A stretch of 64,000 nt of DNA from a bacterium (GTDB lineage: Bacteria > Patescibacteriota > Minisyncoccia > Phycocordibacterales > SBAW01), in assembly GCA_037139975.1 (NCBI GenBank), contig JBAXFJ010000001.1:171017-235016 (forward strand), written 5' to 3'. Under the pieces are notes generated by a model. The model searched no databases, was not told where the DNA came from, and was given only the letters and a program-made list of their open reading frames with translations. Both the position numbers and the translations under genes were made by a program. Shown here piece by piece: positions 48,559 to 58,032 of this stretch (its first letter is position 1; each line of letters begins with the position of its first letter).

Positions 48559-50559
48559 TTGCCCCAAACACATGCAAGTGGTATGATGTGGCAAATGCCT
48601 AATAAAAATAATCAGGGCGCGGGTGGCGGGGGAGGCAAAAAGGGAGGGTCGCGGATGAAGCTGCCCAAGATGCCCCAGAGCAACTCGTTTTTTGTGAACC
48701 TCTTCACGACCGTGTTTGTTTTGATGCTTTTGGCAGGTGCGTACACGTACCTTGCGACCGATCAAGCAAAAACGCCTGTTGACATCGCTTTCTCGCAGCT
48801 TGAGGCAGACGTTCAGGCGGGCAAAGTCTCGGCTATCACCGTCGACGGCGACAATTTGGCTGTTACCTATAACGACGCGATAAAGACCGAAAAGACATCT
48901 AAAAAAGAACCCGACTCCTCGCTTTCGCAGAGCCTCACCAACTATGGCGTTCCCAAAGACGCGCTCGACAAGGTGCAGATCAACATCAAGCGTCAGTCGA
49001 GTTGGCAGTTTTGGCTTTCGGCCTTGGCGCCATTTCTTGCGCCGCTTTTGCTTATTGCATTTTTTGTGTGGTATCTGTCGCGTCAGGTAAAGGGCGCGGG
49101 GATGCAGGCTTTTTCTTTTGGGCAGAGCAACCCGCGCGTGACTGACCCCAACGACGGTGCTCAAAAAGTCACGTTTAAAGACGTGGCAGGCGCCAAAGAG
49201 GCAAAACAAGAATTGCTTGAAATCGTTGACTTTCTCAAAAATCCAAAGAAGTTTCTCGACATCGGCGCGCGCATTCCCAAAGGTATTTTGCTGATGGGTT
49301 CGCCCGGCACCGGCAAGACACTGCTCGCGCGTGCGGTTGCGGGTGAGGCGGGTGTGCCGTTCTTCTCAATTTCAGGTTCGGAGTTTGTTGAGATGTTTGT
49401 GGGCGTGGGCGCTTCCCGCGTGCGCGACCTCTTTCATACTGCAAAACACGCTGCACCAGCCATCATCTTCCTTGATGAAATCGACGCGGTGGGCCGCGTG
49501 CGCGGCACGGGCGTGGGTGGCGGCAACGATGAACGCGAACAGACCCTCAACCAAATTTTGGTCGAGATGGACGGCTTTGAACCAAACGAAAAGGTGATCG
49601 TCATGGCCGCGACCAATCGCGCCGACGTGCTCGACCCGGCCTTGGTGCGTCCTGGGCGTTTTGACCGCCGCGTGGTCATCGACCTGCCCGATCGCTCCGA
49701 CCGCTTCGATATCCTCAACATTCACGCGCGCAAAAAGCCACTTGCTGAAGACGTCAACCTTAATGTGGTTGCCGAGCGCACGCCGGGCTTCTCGGGTGCC
49801 GACCTGGCAAACCTCATGAACGAAGCGGCCATTTTGGCAGCGCGCGAAAACCGCAAGACCGTCGCGCAATACGACCTCATCCGTTCAATTGAAAAGGTGA
49901 TGCTCGGTCCCGAGCGTAAGTCGCACGTGTTGAACGAAAAAGAAAAAGAAATCACTGCCTACCACGAAGCTGGCCACGCGATTGTTGCAAGTCTGTTACC
50001 CCACGCCGACCCAGTGCACAAGATCTCAGTCATCTCACGAGGTCGCGCTGCGGGCTATACGCTCAAACTCCCGTTTGAAGACAAGCGCATGCAAAGCAAA
50101 AAAGAATTCCTCGACGACATTGCCATGTCGCTGGGCGGCTACGTTGCTGAAAAGCAGGTCTTTGGCGACGTCACCACTGGTCCCAGCAATGACCTGCAGG
50201 TCTTGACCGCGCTCGCGCGCGACATGGTCACCCGCTATGGCATGTCCGACAAAATGGGCACCATTGCCTTGGTGGGCGACGGTGGTCGCGCGATGTTTGG
50301 CTCCGGTGTCGAGGGCGGCTACTCTGAAAAGATCTCGGGCGAGATAGACGGTGAGGTCAAAAAAATTATTGACGGTGCCTACAAAAAAGCAGAAGACATC
50401 ATCACTACGCACCGCAAGTTACTCGACGCAATTGCGCATCGCCTTGTGGAGGTTGAGACCCTCGAGCGCGAAGAGTTCGAAAGCATCCTCGTTGCGCACG
50501 GCGTCACCCCCAAAAAGAAACAAGAAATTAAAGTTGAACCGGTTGTGGTGAATTTTTAG
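48559..50559 (+). CDS. ftsH: ATP-dependent zinc metalloprotease FtsH
   Basis: 666 aa; two TMs, AAA Walker [12 protein letters not shown] and HEAGHA zinc site. The start may be one of several downstream ATGs (48583/48586). Confidence 0.95.
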   Translation: MPQTHASGMMWQMPNKNNQGAGGGGGKKGGSRMKLPKMPQSNSFFVNLFTTVFVLMLLAGAYTYLATDQAKTPVDIAFSQLEADVQAGKVSAITVDGDNLAVTYNDAIKTEKTSKKEPDSSLSQSLTNYGVPKDALDKVQINIKRQSSWQFWLSALAPFLAPLLLIAFFVWYLSRQVKGAGMQAFSFGQSNPRVTDPNDGAQKVTFKDVAGAKEAKQELLEIVDFLKNPKKFLDIGARIPKGILLMGSPGTGKTLLARAVAGEAGVPFFSISGSEFVEMFVGVGASRVRDLFHTAKHAAPAIIFLDEIDAVGRVRGTGVGGGNDEREQTLNQILVEMDGFEPNEKVIVMAATNRADVLDPALVRPGRFDRRVVIDLPDRSDRFDILNIHARKKPLAEDVNLNVVAERTPGFSGADLANLMNEAAILAARENRKTVAQYDLIRSIEKVMLGPERKSHVLNEKEKEITAYHEAGHAIVASLLPHADPVHKISVISRGRAAGYTLKLPFEDKRMQSKKEFLDDIAMSLGGYVAEKQVFGDVTTGPSNDLQVLTALARDMVTRYGMSDKMGTIALVGDGGRAMFGSGVEGGYSEKISGEIDGEVKKIIDGAYKKAEDIITTHRKLLDAIAHRLVEVETLEREEFESILVAHGVTPKKKQEIKVEPVVVNF

Positions 50560-50651
50560 CGCCTGGTCTTAAGATATAAAAAAAGAAAACCCCCGACTAA
50601 TGATAGCTGGGGGAGTTGTTGGGTTACACAGTGCGGGGTTAAAAAGAGCTA

Positions 50652-51782
50652 TTACCGCTGCAGTTTCCAGCGGATTTCTTCACCAAGCATGAAGGGGTGG
50701 ATAGTTGGGCTTTCCCCGTCGTCGGTGATGAACATACTCTCTACCCTCCATGCCCTGCGTACGAGTCCGATAGTTTGTTTGCTTGGTTTAACGTTAAAGA
50801 AGTTGGGGCCGTTGATCGAGGCAAACCGCTCAAAGCGATCGTCAAGTGCCCCCATATCTTCAAATGCTTGTGCGTAGAGCTCGATGCCCGCGTGCGCGGT
50901 GAGTACGCCACCTGAACAGCAATCGGTCTCCTTTTTGCTGATAGGGTGTGGTGCCGAGTCGCTTCCAAGCCATACAAAGTCGTGGTTCCCTGCTGCGAGC
51001 TCACGGATTGCTTGCCTATCTTCTTTTTTCTGAATGATAGGCCACCAAAACGTGTGTGGCCGAAGACCTCCGCGGTGTACATCGCGGCGGTCGAGCAAGA
51101 GGTGTTGTGCGGTGATACTGCAACCGAGTGTTGGTCCTCCATGCTCTCGCATGTAGTTCACGCCGGACATGGTCGAAAGGTGCTCAACCGAAATTTTGAG
51201 ATCTGGATGAGCTTCTCGTATACGCGGGAGTGTGTTGCGAATGAAGTGGGGCTCTTGATGATAGGGATCCAGCTCTTCCCCTGGCATATAGGTCGACCCA
51301 TCAACCATCGCATGTTCTCGGGCGAACCCGTCGGCGGCGTGGAGCATAAGCACCTTCCCCTTGTCTGCGCACGCACGCAAAACACTATGTGGTCCGGTGT
51401 TTTTGGTCCATAACGATGCAGGATTCTGCACGCCGCTGTCGCTGTTGGTGGTGAGCCCGCGCGGATAATATTTCACTCCACGAATGAGCTCAGTAACCGA
51501 ACGCGGGTTGAGTTTGTCAGTGAGGTAGAGCGTCATGAGTGGTTCAAACTCCCACGTATAGCAACGTGTAGTCTTCAGGATTTCATCCCGGTATGTACGT
51601 GCCATCCTTGCTGTTGTGATAGGCGGATTTGTGTTGGGCATAATGATTGCCATAGCGAAACGCTTGGCGGTCATGGGTGCTACCAACTGGAGCATCGAGC
51701 CGCGCCGAACGTGCGTGTGCATATCGGCAGGCCTGCGCATTGTGATGGAGATTATACTTTGAGTATCTCTGGTGATTTCCAC
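50652..51782 (-). CDS. pyrC: dihydroorotase (E. coli PyrC type II-like)
   Basis: 376 aa; ITMRRPADMHTHVRRGSML...AIIMPNTNPPITT aligns with E. coli PyrC LKIRRPDDWHLHLRDGDML...AIVMPNLAPPVTT. Confidence 0.8.
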   Translation of the reverse strand: MEITRDTQSIISITMRRPADMHTHVRRGSMLQLVAPMTAKRFAMAIIMPNTNPPITTARMARTYRDEILKTTRCYTWEFEPLMTLYLTDKLNPRSVTELIRGVKYYPRGLTTNSDSGVQNPASLWTKNTGPHSVLRACADKGKVLMLHAADGFAREHAMVDGSTYMPGEELDPYHQEPHFIRNTLPRIREAHPDLKISVEHLSTMSGVNYMREHGGPTLGCSITAQHLLLDRRDVHRGGLRPHTFWWPIIQKKEDRQAIRELAAGNHDFVWLGSDSAPHPISKKETDCCSGGVLTAHAGIELYAQAFEDMGALDDRFERFASINGPNFFNVKPSKQTIGLVRRAWRVESMFITDDGESPTIHPFMLGEEIRWKLQR

Positions 51783-51870
51783 GTGAGTCTCCTGAGCTGT
51801 TGTGCCTTTCGGCGGGTTTCAGTTGTAGGCGTTGTTAGGCCGTCTTCCACCCCGCACAGTACCAACTTGT

Positions 51871-51915
51871 ATGGAAAAAGAAAAGGCCGCATCCCGGGTG
51901 AGGGGAGGCGGTCTG
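51871..51915 (-). repeat. ~45-bp repeat copy 1 (terminator-like GC hairpin plus T-tract on - strand) downstream of pyrD
   Basis: aaaaagaaaaggccgcatcccgggtgaggggaggcgg; the second copy is at 52958-53002. Confidence 0.6.
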
Positions 51916-51918
51916 TGG

Positions 51919-52980
51919 TTAGTCGGGCAGGCCGTTCATGACAAGAAAGTTGACGAGTCCGGCCTTGCCTTCGTCTTGATTGCCAAAAAACATAGGCTCA
52001 ACCACGTCTGGATTGTAGCTGTTACGCGTGAGCACCGTGTTGAAGGCAAAGCCGTGTGCGCCGAGCGTAAGGTATTCATAGGCGTCTCTGCCAGATTCGA
52101 TACCGCCCACGGCGATGAGCTTCAGTCCCGTATCTATTATCATCGGCGCGATAGTCAGAATGCCGCCACAGATGAGCGGCCGCAGTCCGCGCCCACTCAA
52201 GCCACCGCGGATCATTGGGATTGCTGGCTTGCCCTGCTTGTTGGTTATGTAGCAGTTTGCCTGCGTGTTCGCATAAACCACATAGTCTATCCCGTAATCG
52301 ATACACGGTTGCACCAACTGTTCGAGCAAGCCTGGGTCGGTAATCGGGGCAATCTTTACTTTCGTTTTCAGGGTGCCGGCACCTTCCTTGAGTGCTGCGA
52401 CTCCTTCACGATAGAGTGGCGGGTCGAAACAGACCACCGACTTGCGCTTCCCACCGGATTCTTGATTGCCGCAGGAAAAGTTCCCTTCGACGCCGTCTGC
52501 GGACTGGGTGATCTGCAAGATGTTCGCCATGTCGCAGTAGTCACGCGGGTTATAGGGGTTGTTCGCGCGACCCGATACGCTGACCCAGAATTGCGAACCT
52601 TTCCCGTTCACCTTTTGACGAAGATCGGACAATCCATCGTCCATATGCGCATCGATTCCTTTGTCGGGGATGCCCAACGCATTGATTGCGTTCCCCGTAA
52701 CTTCGTTGTAGTTGAAGTTGTCGCCCGGGTTTCCATCCCACGGGTGTGGCATGATGGACCCAAAGGTGACGTGTGGCATGCTTGCTTGCGCATACTGCAT
52801 CATCGTTTTGGCATCTTTGCCCGAGCCTGCAGCGTTTCCCCACGGCACCTCTTTCAGTAGATATTCAAGCGCGGTGGCCTCATTCGCAAACGTACGCATT
52901 AGCACTGCTCCTAGTTTGGTTGTTGCACCTGTCGTCCACACATCAACATATCCTACTTTTTCAAAAAGAAAAGGCCGCAT
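51919..52980 (-). CDS. pyrD: dihydroorotate dehydrogenase-family flavoenzyme (class 1-like)
   Basis: 353 aa; NAAGSGKD (substrate loop), NFSCGN (NxSCPN analogue) and IAVGGIESGRDAYEYLTLGA (FMN-binding GG...G.DA). Confidence 0.7.
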   Translation of the reverse strand: MRPFLFEKVGYVDVWTTGATTKLGAVLMRTFANEATALEYLLKEVPWGNAAGSGKDAKTMMQYAQASMPHVTFGSIMPHPWDGNPGDNFNYNEVTGNAINALGIPDKGIDAHMDDGLSDLRQKVNGKGSQFWVSVSGRANNPYNPRDYCDMANILQITQSADGVEGNFSCGNQESGGKRKSVVCFDPPLYREGVAALKEGAGTLKTKVKIAPITDPGLLEQLVQPCIDYGIDYVVYANTQANCYITNKQGKPAIPMIRGGLSGRGLRPLICGGILTIAPMIIDTGLKLIAVGGIESGRDAYEYLTLGAHGFAFNTVLTRNSYNPDVVEPMFFGNQDEGKAGLVNFLVMNGLPD

Positions 52981-53002
52981 CCCGGGTGAGGGGAAGCGGC
53001 GT
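52958..53002 (-). repeat. ~45-bp repeat copy 2 downstream of the 53017-53535 gene
   Basis: aaaaagaaaaggccgcatcccgggtgaggggaagcggcg, near-identical to the copy at 51871. Confidence 0.6.
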
Positions 53003-53016
53003 GTGAATCGTCTGGT

Positions 53017-53535
53017 TTATGAGGTAGTTGGAATTGTGGGCCTGCAGTACCACAGCAGTGTGGCGCTCCACACAAACCACACCGCATCTTCGTAGTACAC
53101 GCGGCGTCTTGCGTGGTATGGCTCAACAAGCTCCCTGGTAACGCTGCGTCTAGTTACTGTTGCAACCTTGTGCTGCAGCAGGTTTACGGCCGTCGCTTCT
53201 TCTCGTTGGTTGGGCCAATCGAGCACAACGAACCTAAGTCGGGGCGTGAGAAGTGCTCCCACAAGCGCCTCATCAAGGGCTGCTCTTGTGTGTGGGTGGC
53301 GTATGTTTGCAACCACCATGTTTGAGACCCGTAGGTGCCGTCCTGCTGTGGTCATGAATGGTCCTATGTCGATCTCTGTTCCACCCAGGAGGCAATAGAT
53401 GCTTGCACGCACGGGGAACGGGGCTACGCTTCCCACCCTGAGTGCGTCGGCCAGCCTGAAGATGTTGACAGTGTCGTCTTCGTTGAACCACTTTGCGGGT
53501 GGTCCTGTCACGTGCGGCGCGCGTCCGATGAGCAT
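53017..53535 (-). CDS. hypothetical protein (172 aa), no recognisable domain
   Basis: ORF only; lies between pyrD and tRNA-Ile on the same strand. Confidence 0.4.
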   Translation of the reverse strand: MLIGRAPHVTGPPAKWFNEDDTVNIFRLADALRVGSVAPFPVRASIYCLLGGTEIDIGPFMTTAGRHLRVSNMVVANIRHPHTRAALDEALVGALLTPRLRFVVLDWPNQREEATAVNLLQHKVATVTRRSVTRELVEPYHARRRVYYEDAVWFVWSATLLWYCRPTIPTTS

Positions 53536-53653
53536 CAGCGTCTCTCCTCTCTAGTCTCTAGGAAAAAACAGTCTGTATCCACTCAGAGGATATCACAAAA
53601 TATGGATATGTATATGAAGACATGTTTTTTTGTGGGCGCTGCTCAGACTCGGT

Positions 53654-53690
53654 CACGAAAAACTGCGGACCGTCGTCCGCAGTTTTTCTC
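53654..53690 (-). terminator. intrinsic terminator downstream of tRNA-Ile
   Basis: ctgcggacg...cgtccgcag hairpin with a T-run on the - strand. Confidence 0.55.
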
Positions 53691-53761
53691 GACCCCGGCT
53701 CGCGGTCTCGCCTGCTGGCTCGACATCGCTACGCCTTTCTCGTCCTGCCACTGCTACGCAG

Positions 53762-53834
53762 TGGGCGCGCTAGGACTCGAACCTAGAACCGCCGAGGTAT
53801 AAGCTCGGTGCACTAACCATTGTGCTACGCGCCC
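53762..53834 (-). tRNA. tRNA-Ile, apparent anticodon UAU
   Basis: Reverse complement gggcgcg-ta-gcac-aatggtta-gtgc-a-ccgag-cttatac-ctcgg-cggtt-ctagg-ttcgagt-cctag-cgcgccc-a folds as a canonical 73-nt cloverleaf. The anticodon loop cuUAUac has U33 and A37. CCA is not encoded. Confidence 0.75.
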
Positions 53835-53881
53835 AGTGAAGCAAATATATACTACTTACCTTACTACTCAAAGTGTAGTGT

Positions 53882-56173
53882 CTATTCGAAATGTAGAGCC
53901 TGGGCTTGCCTCAGTACTTTTTCTCTCAAGAGAGGGTGGTGGAAAAGCGTTTCGTCTTCAGCAACAAGTTTTTGTGCCTCAACTCGAGCAGCTTCAACGA
54001 GTTTCAAATTTTGCAGTGCGTCCATGCCGATGTCCGAGATGCCCCACTGCTTGGCGCCCACAAGCTGTCCCGCACCGCGCTGCAGTAAATCTTTTTCGGC
54101 CAACTCAAAACCATTTTTAGCAGTGGCAAGCGCTTTGAGGCGCGCGAGTGTGTGCTCGCCGCGGCTTTCAGGGCAGACGAAGCAATAGGCTTGGGTGGAC
54201 GAGCGCACCACGCGGCCGCGCAACTGGTGCAGCTGGGCCAAACCAAAGCGCTCGGCACCTTCGATGAAGATGAGTGTCGCGTTGGGCACGTTGACCCCCA
54301 CCTCGACCACCGAAGTGGCGACCAAAATATCTATCTCGTGTTTTGAAAACTTCGCCATTGTTTCGTCTTTTTCTTTCGGTGTCATCTTGCTGTGCAAAAT
54401 CGCGAAGCGATATTCAGGAAACACTTCTTTTTTAAGGCGCTTGGCTTCGGCGGTGACCGACTTGGCCATAAGGGCGAAGGCTTTGTCGGGGTCGGGCTCG
54501 TCGATGCGCGGACAGATCACATATGCTTGTCGGCCCGCTGTGAGCTCAACGCGGATTTTTTCATATGCACTCGCTCTTTCTTCTGGCTTCACAATTTCAG
54601 TGATAATGCGTTTGCGGCCGGGCGGCATCTCGTCGAGCAGGGTCAGATCAAGGTCGCCATAAACAGTGAGGGCGAGCGTGCGCGGGATAGGTGTGGCAGT
54701 CATCGAAAGCAGGTGAGGGATACGCACCTCTTTCTTTGCGAGTTTTCTGCGCTGGTTTGTGCCAAAGCGGTGTTGCTCGTCGATAATAACGAGCGCCAAG
54801 TGTTTAAACGCGACTGACTTTTCAATTAATGCGTGCGTGCCAATTACGATAGCAATTTCTCCCGAAGCTATCCATTTGAGGAGTTGCACGCGCGAGATGT
54901 TCGTGGGCGTTTGTTGCTTTCCGTCTGAAGTGAATTGCACGGTGGATTTGGAGGGAAATTTGAAACACCCACTGCCGGTGATGAGACCGATGTTGATGGG
55001 GTGGCCGGTGAGGGCGGGGTCGAAATATTTAATGAAAGATTCAAAATGCTGTTTGGCTAAAATTTCAGTCGGCGCCATGTAGGCAACCTGCAGCGTACCA
55101 AAGTCTTGATTCTCGGGGCGCGTTTCAATCACCGCAAAACACGCAGTCGCCGCGACGGCCGTCTTGCCCGAGCCCACATCACCTTCGAGCAAGCGCGACA
55201 TGGGGTTGCCCTCGGCCATGTCTTTGAGAATCGTTTTAATCGCACGCGTCTGGGCCGGCGTTGCGGTAAACGGGAAAGTGCTCACAAAACTATCAACTTG
55301 TTCCTGAGAAACTGACACAATAAAACTTTTTTCTTTTGCTTGCTGCTTTCTCTCTTGCGCCCGCTGCAGCTGTATTAAAAAGATTTCTTCAAACGCGAAT
55401 CGTTTGCGCGCGGCTTCGGCTTCTTTTGCCTTCTCGGGTGTGTGGATCCACACCAGCGCTGTTTTAAGGCTGGGCAAGTTGTATTGTTTGAGTAGCTCAG
55501 CAGGAACTGGGTCCTCAACTTGATCAACAACCCCGCTTGCCAACACTTTTTTAATAGCATGTTGAAACCAGAGGGATGTAACCCCGCGACTCTCGGGGTA
55601 CTGGGCGAATAGCCCTTGAGGAGACACCTCTCTCCGCGAGGAGTCACCTCCAGGGCTCGCAGCGCTCAGGCCGGGAGAAGGCGACTCCTCGGCTTTGAGA
55701 GGTGTCGCCTTAAAGAGGCCTGAATCTAAATCCACAACCGCCCCATCAGGGTTGCCAGCAACGCGCTCGAGTTTTGGGTTGGCTAAATAAAGCTTGCCGG
55801 CTGAACCCGAGACTTTGCCTGTGGCTTTGACCCGTGTGCCGTCGAAGTACATCTTGGCAATGTAGGGTTGGTTGAACCACATCAGCTTCACTCGGCCGCT
55901 TTGGTCGCGCAGATAGCCTTCGCTCATAGGCACACGTGACTTCCAACTTTTCTTTGTTTCCAGCTTTTCAAGCACTCCCACCACTGACGCGTCCTGGCCC
56001 AAGACGAGCCCGCCCACAGCCGCTTCTTGGCCCGCGGCCTCATAGCGAAAAGGGAAGTGTTGCAGTAAGTCCTGCACTGTCTTAATCCCGAGTTTTCCCA
56101 ACGCTGCCTTCTGGGCTTCAACAAATCTGAAATGTTCTGTGAGTTGGTCGTGCAGGTTCATAGAGGCGCGCAT
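53882..56173 (-). CDS. recG: ATP-dependent DNA helicase RecG
   Basis: 763 aa; wedge/OB N-domain, Walker A GDVGSGKT and DEQHRFG, with a low-complexity Ser/Pro insert. Confidence 0.9.
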   Translation of the reverse strand: MRASMNLHDQLTEHFRFVEAQKAALGKLGIKTVQDLLQHFPFRYEAAGQEAAVGGLVLGQDASVVGVLEKLETKKSWKSRVPMSEGYLRDQSGRVKLMWFNQPYIAKMYFDGTRVKATGKVSGSAGKLYLANPKLERVAGNPDGAVVDLDSGLFKATPLKAEESPSPGLSAASPGGDSSRREVSPQGLFAQYPESRGVTSLWFQHAIKKVLASGVVDQVEDPVPAELLKQYNLPSLKTALVWIHTPEKAKEAEAARKRFAFEEIFLIQLQRAQERKQQAKEKSFIVSVSQEQVDSFVSTFPFTATPAQTRAIKTILKDMAEGNPMSRLLEGDVGSGKTAVAATACFAVIETRPENQDFGTLQVAYMAPTEILAKQHFESFIKYFDPALTGHPINIGLITGSGCFKFPSKSTVQFTSDGKQQTPTNISRVQLLKWIASGEIAIVIGTHALIEKSVAFKHLALVIIDEQHRFGTNQRRKLAKKEVRIPHLLSMTATPIPRTLALTVYGDLDLTLLDEMPPGRKRIITEIVKPEERASAYEKIRVELTAGRQAYVICPRIDEPDPDKAFALMAKSVTAEAKRLKKEVFPEYRFAILHSKMTPKEKDETMAKFSKHEIDILVATSVVEVGVNVPNATLIFIEGAERFGLAQLHQLRGRVVRSSTQAYCFVCPESRGEHTLARLKALATAKNGFELAEKDLLQRGAGQLVGAKQWGISDIGMDALQNLKLVEAARVEAQKLVAEDETLFHHPLLREKVLRQAQALHFE

Positions 56174-56191
56174 GAGTGAAGCATACCAAAT

Positions 56192-57463
56192 ATGCGGCCA
56201 ACTCTGATATACTCACGCCATATGGCACAGAAACATAAAACAGCGCAGGGCGGCGGACAAAGTAAAAATGCACAGCAAGCTATCAGCTTGCACAAAAAGT
56301 TGGGCGGCAAGATCCGCATCTCCCCAAGTACGCCGGTGAGGAATAGGGTAGATTTGGCACTGGTATATACACCGGGTGTGGCGGCTGTTTCAACATTGGT
56401 CGCGGGCACCAAAAAAGCTTTGCGCGCAAAGTCCGAGCAAATAAAATTGGCCAAAGAATATACCATAAAAGGCAAAATGGTCGCGGTTATCTCAGACGGC
56501 TCTGCTGTTTTAGGATTGGGTAATATAGGCCCCTATGGCGCATTGCCGGTAATGGAAGGGAAGTGTGCACTCTTTAAAGCATTTGCACATGTGGATGCAT
56601 TCCCGATTGTTCTCGATATTTCAAACGAAGCAGGTGTGCCACTCACCATAAAAGATGTGGGGTATATCGACCGTGTGGTCGAGACGGTACAGGCCGTTGC
56701 CCCGGCGTTTGGCGGCATAAACCTTGAAGACTTTGCGGCGCCCAATTGTTTTGAAATAGAAGAACGCTTGAAAGCGCTGCTCGACATTCCCGTGATGCAC
56801 GACGACCAGCACGGCACCGCCATCGTGGTGTTGGCGGCGCTCATCAACGCGGCAAAGGTGGTGAAAAAAGACTTGAAGAAATTGAAAGTAGTGGTCGCGG
56901 GCGCGGGCGCGGCGGGCACCGCCGTCACCAAGCTCCTGTTGCTTGCGGGCGTCAAAGACGTGACGGTGCTCGACAGTCAAGGGACCATTAACAAAGATCG
57001 GCTTGACCTCTCGGCACATAAAAAAGAATTGGCTAACAGTACCAACCCTAAAAACTTGCTGGGCAACCTCGCCGATGCGCTGGTGGGGGCCGATGCAATT
57101 ATCGGCGTCTCTGGGCCGGGGCTTATGACGGCAAAGGACGTGCGTCTGATGGCCGACAAAGCAATTGTCTTTGGGCTCGCCAACCCCACACCTGAAATCA
57201 TGCCCGAGGAGGCAGCAAAAGGGGGAGCGGCTGTTATTGCGACGGGCCGCAGCGACTATCCCAATCAAATCAACAATTCACTCGCGTTCCCGGGCATCTT
57301 CCGTGGCGCGCTCGACCACAAAGTCTCCAAAATTACTGACCAAATGAAGCTCAAAGCCGCCAAAAATCTGGCTGCTTTGGTCAAAGTACCCACTGCTGCC
57401 AAAATCATCCCCGGCCCCTTCGACCATGGTGTCATGGAGGCGGTCTCAAGGGCGGTTCGGTAG
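56192..57463 (+). CDS. NAD(P)-dependent malic enzyme (short form)
   Basis: 423 aa; malic-enzyme N-terminal and NAD-binding domains (DDQHGTAIV, VVAGAGAAG). Confidence 0.85.
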   Translation: MRPTLIYSRHMAQKHKTAQGGGQSKNAQQAISLHKKLGGKIRISPSTPVRNRVDLALVYTPGVAAVSTLVAGTKKALRAKSEQIKLAKEYTIKGKMVAVISDGSAVLGLGNIGPYGALPVMEGKCALFKAFAHVDAFPIVLDISNEAGVPLTIKDVGYIDRVVETVQAVAPAFGGINLEDFAAPNCFEIEERLKALLDIPVMHDDQHGTAIVVLAALINAAKVVKKDLKKLKVVVAGAGAAGTAVTKLLLLAGVKDVTVLDSQGTINKDRLDLSAHKKELANSTNPKNLLGNLADALVGADAIIGVSGPGLMTAKDVRLMADKAIVFGLANPTPEIMPEEAAKGGAAVIATGRSDYPNQINNSLAFPGIFRGALDHKVSKITDQMKLKAAKNLAALVKVPTAAKIIPGPFDHGVMEAVSRAVR

Positions 57464-57468
57464 TCTGT

Positions 57469-57491
57469 ATCCTAAGGTTTAACCTTAGGAT
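57469..57491. repeat. palindrome family copy ATCCTAAGGTT-T-AACCTTAGGAT (malic enzyme 3' end, upstream of TA operon)
   Basis: Perfect 11-nt arms. Confidence 0.8.
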
Positions 57492-57536
57492 CTGTGGGTG
57501 CTTGATAGCCGTATATATCTGGTATATACTGTGGGT

Positions 57537-57782
57537 ATGAACGTAAAAGTTATATTCAACACGAATAAAAAGTTAAAAGAAGCGGCGATGAAAAAAGCAC
57601 GCAAAGAAGGACTGACCTATTCTGCTGTGCTTAATATTGCCACTGAGGCATATGTTGGCGATCGTCTGAAGATAACCGCACTCGAACAACATCTCGAAAA
57701 GGCTCGTGAAGAAATTCGCCAAGGGCGTTACTATACTCACGAGCAGGTGATGCGCAAATTAGGTTTGAGTAGCAAGAAATGA
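57537..57782 (+). CDS. type II antitoxin (RelB/ParD-like)
   Basis: The track ORF starts at 57498; the likely start is the ATG at 57537 (MNVKVIF...). Small basic/acidic helical protein whose stop overlaps the RelE-like start by 4 nt. Confidence 0.55.
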   Translation: MNVKVIFNTNKKLKEAAMKKARKEGLTYSAVLNIATEAYVGDRLKITALEQHLEKAREEIRQGRYYTHEQVMRKLGLSSKK

Positions 57783-58030
57783 AAATTCATTATGCTGCTT
57801 CAGCGTTGGAGCAACTTCAAGAATTGCCTGTCATCACGCAAGAAAGGATTCTTGCAAAAATATTTTGGTTTTCTGAGCAAAGGGATCCACTTGTTTATGC
57901 GAAGCGTCTTTCTGGAACACAGTCATACCGTTTTCGTGTTGGGACGTACCGAATACTATTTGATATAGTCGAAAATACTTTGTGGGTTCTCAAAATTCTT
58001 CCTCGTGACAAAGCATACCGGGATTTGTAG
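57779..58030 (+). CDS. relE: RelE/ParE-family type II toxin
   Basis: 83 aa; YRFRVGTYRILFDIVENTLWVLKILPRDKAY matches the RelE/ParE core (R..VG.YR..Y......V.VL.I.HR). Confidence 0.7.
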   Translation: MKIHYAASALEQLQELPVITQERILAKIFWFSEQRDPLVYAKRLSGTQSYRFRVGTYRILFDIVENTLWVLKILPRDKAYRDL

Positions 58031-58032
58031 TT

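Noticed and set aside
51832-52860. 342-aa + strand ORF
   Set aside because: Antisense shadow of pyrD (51919-52980, - strand), which has clear DHODH motifs. The + strand translation is low-complexity and Arg-rich.
53820-54188. 122-aa and other + strand ORFs at the 53.8-54.7 kb region
   Set aside because: Antisense to recG, and they overlap the tRNA-Ile.
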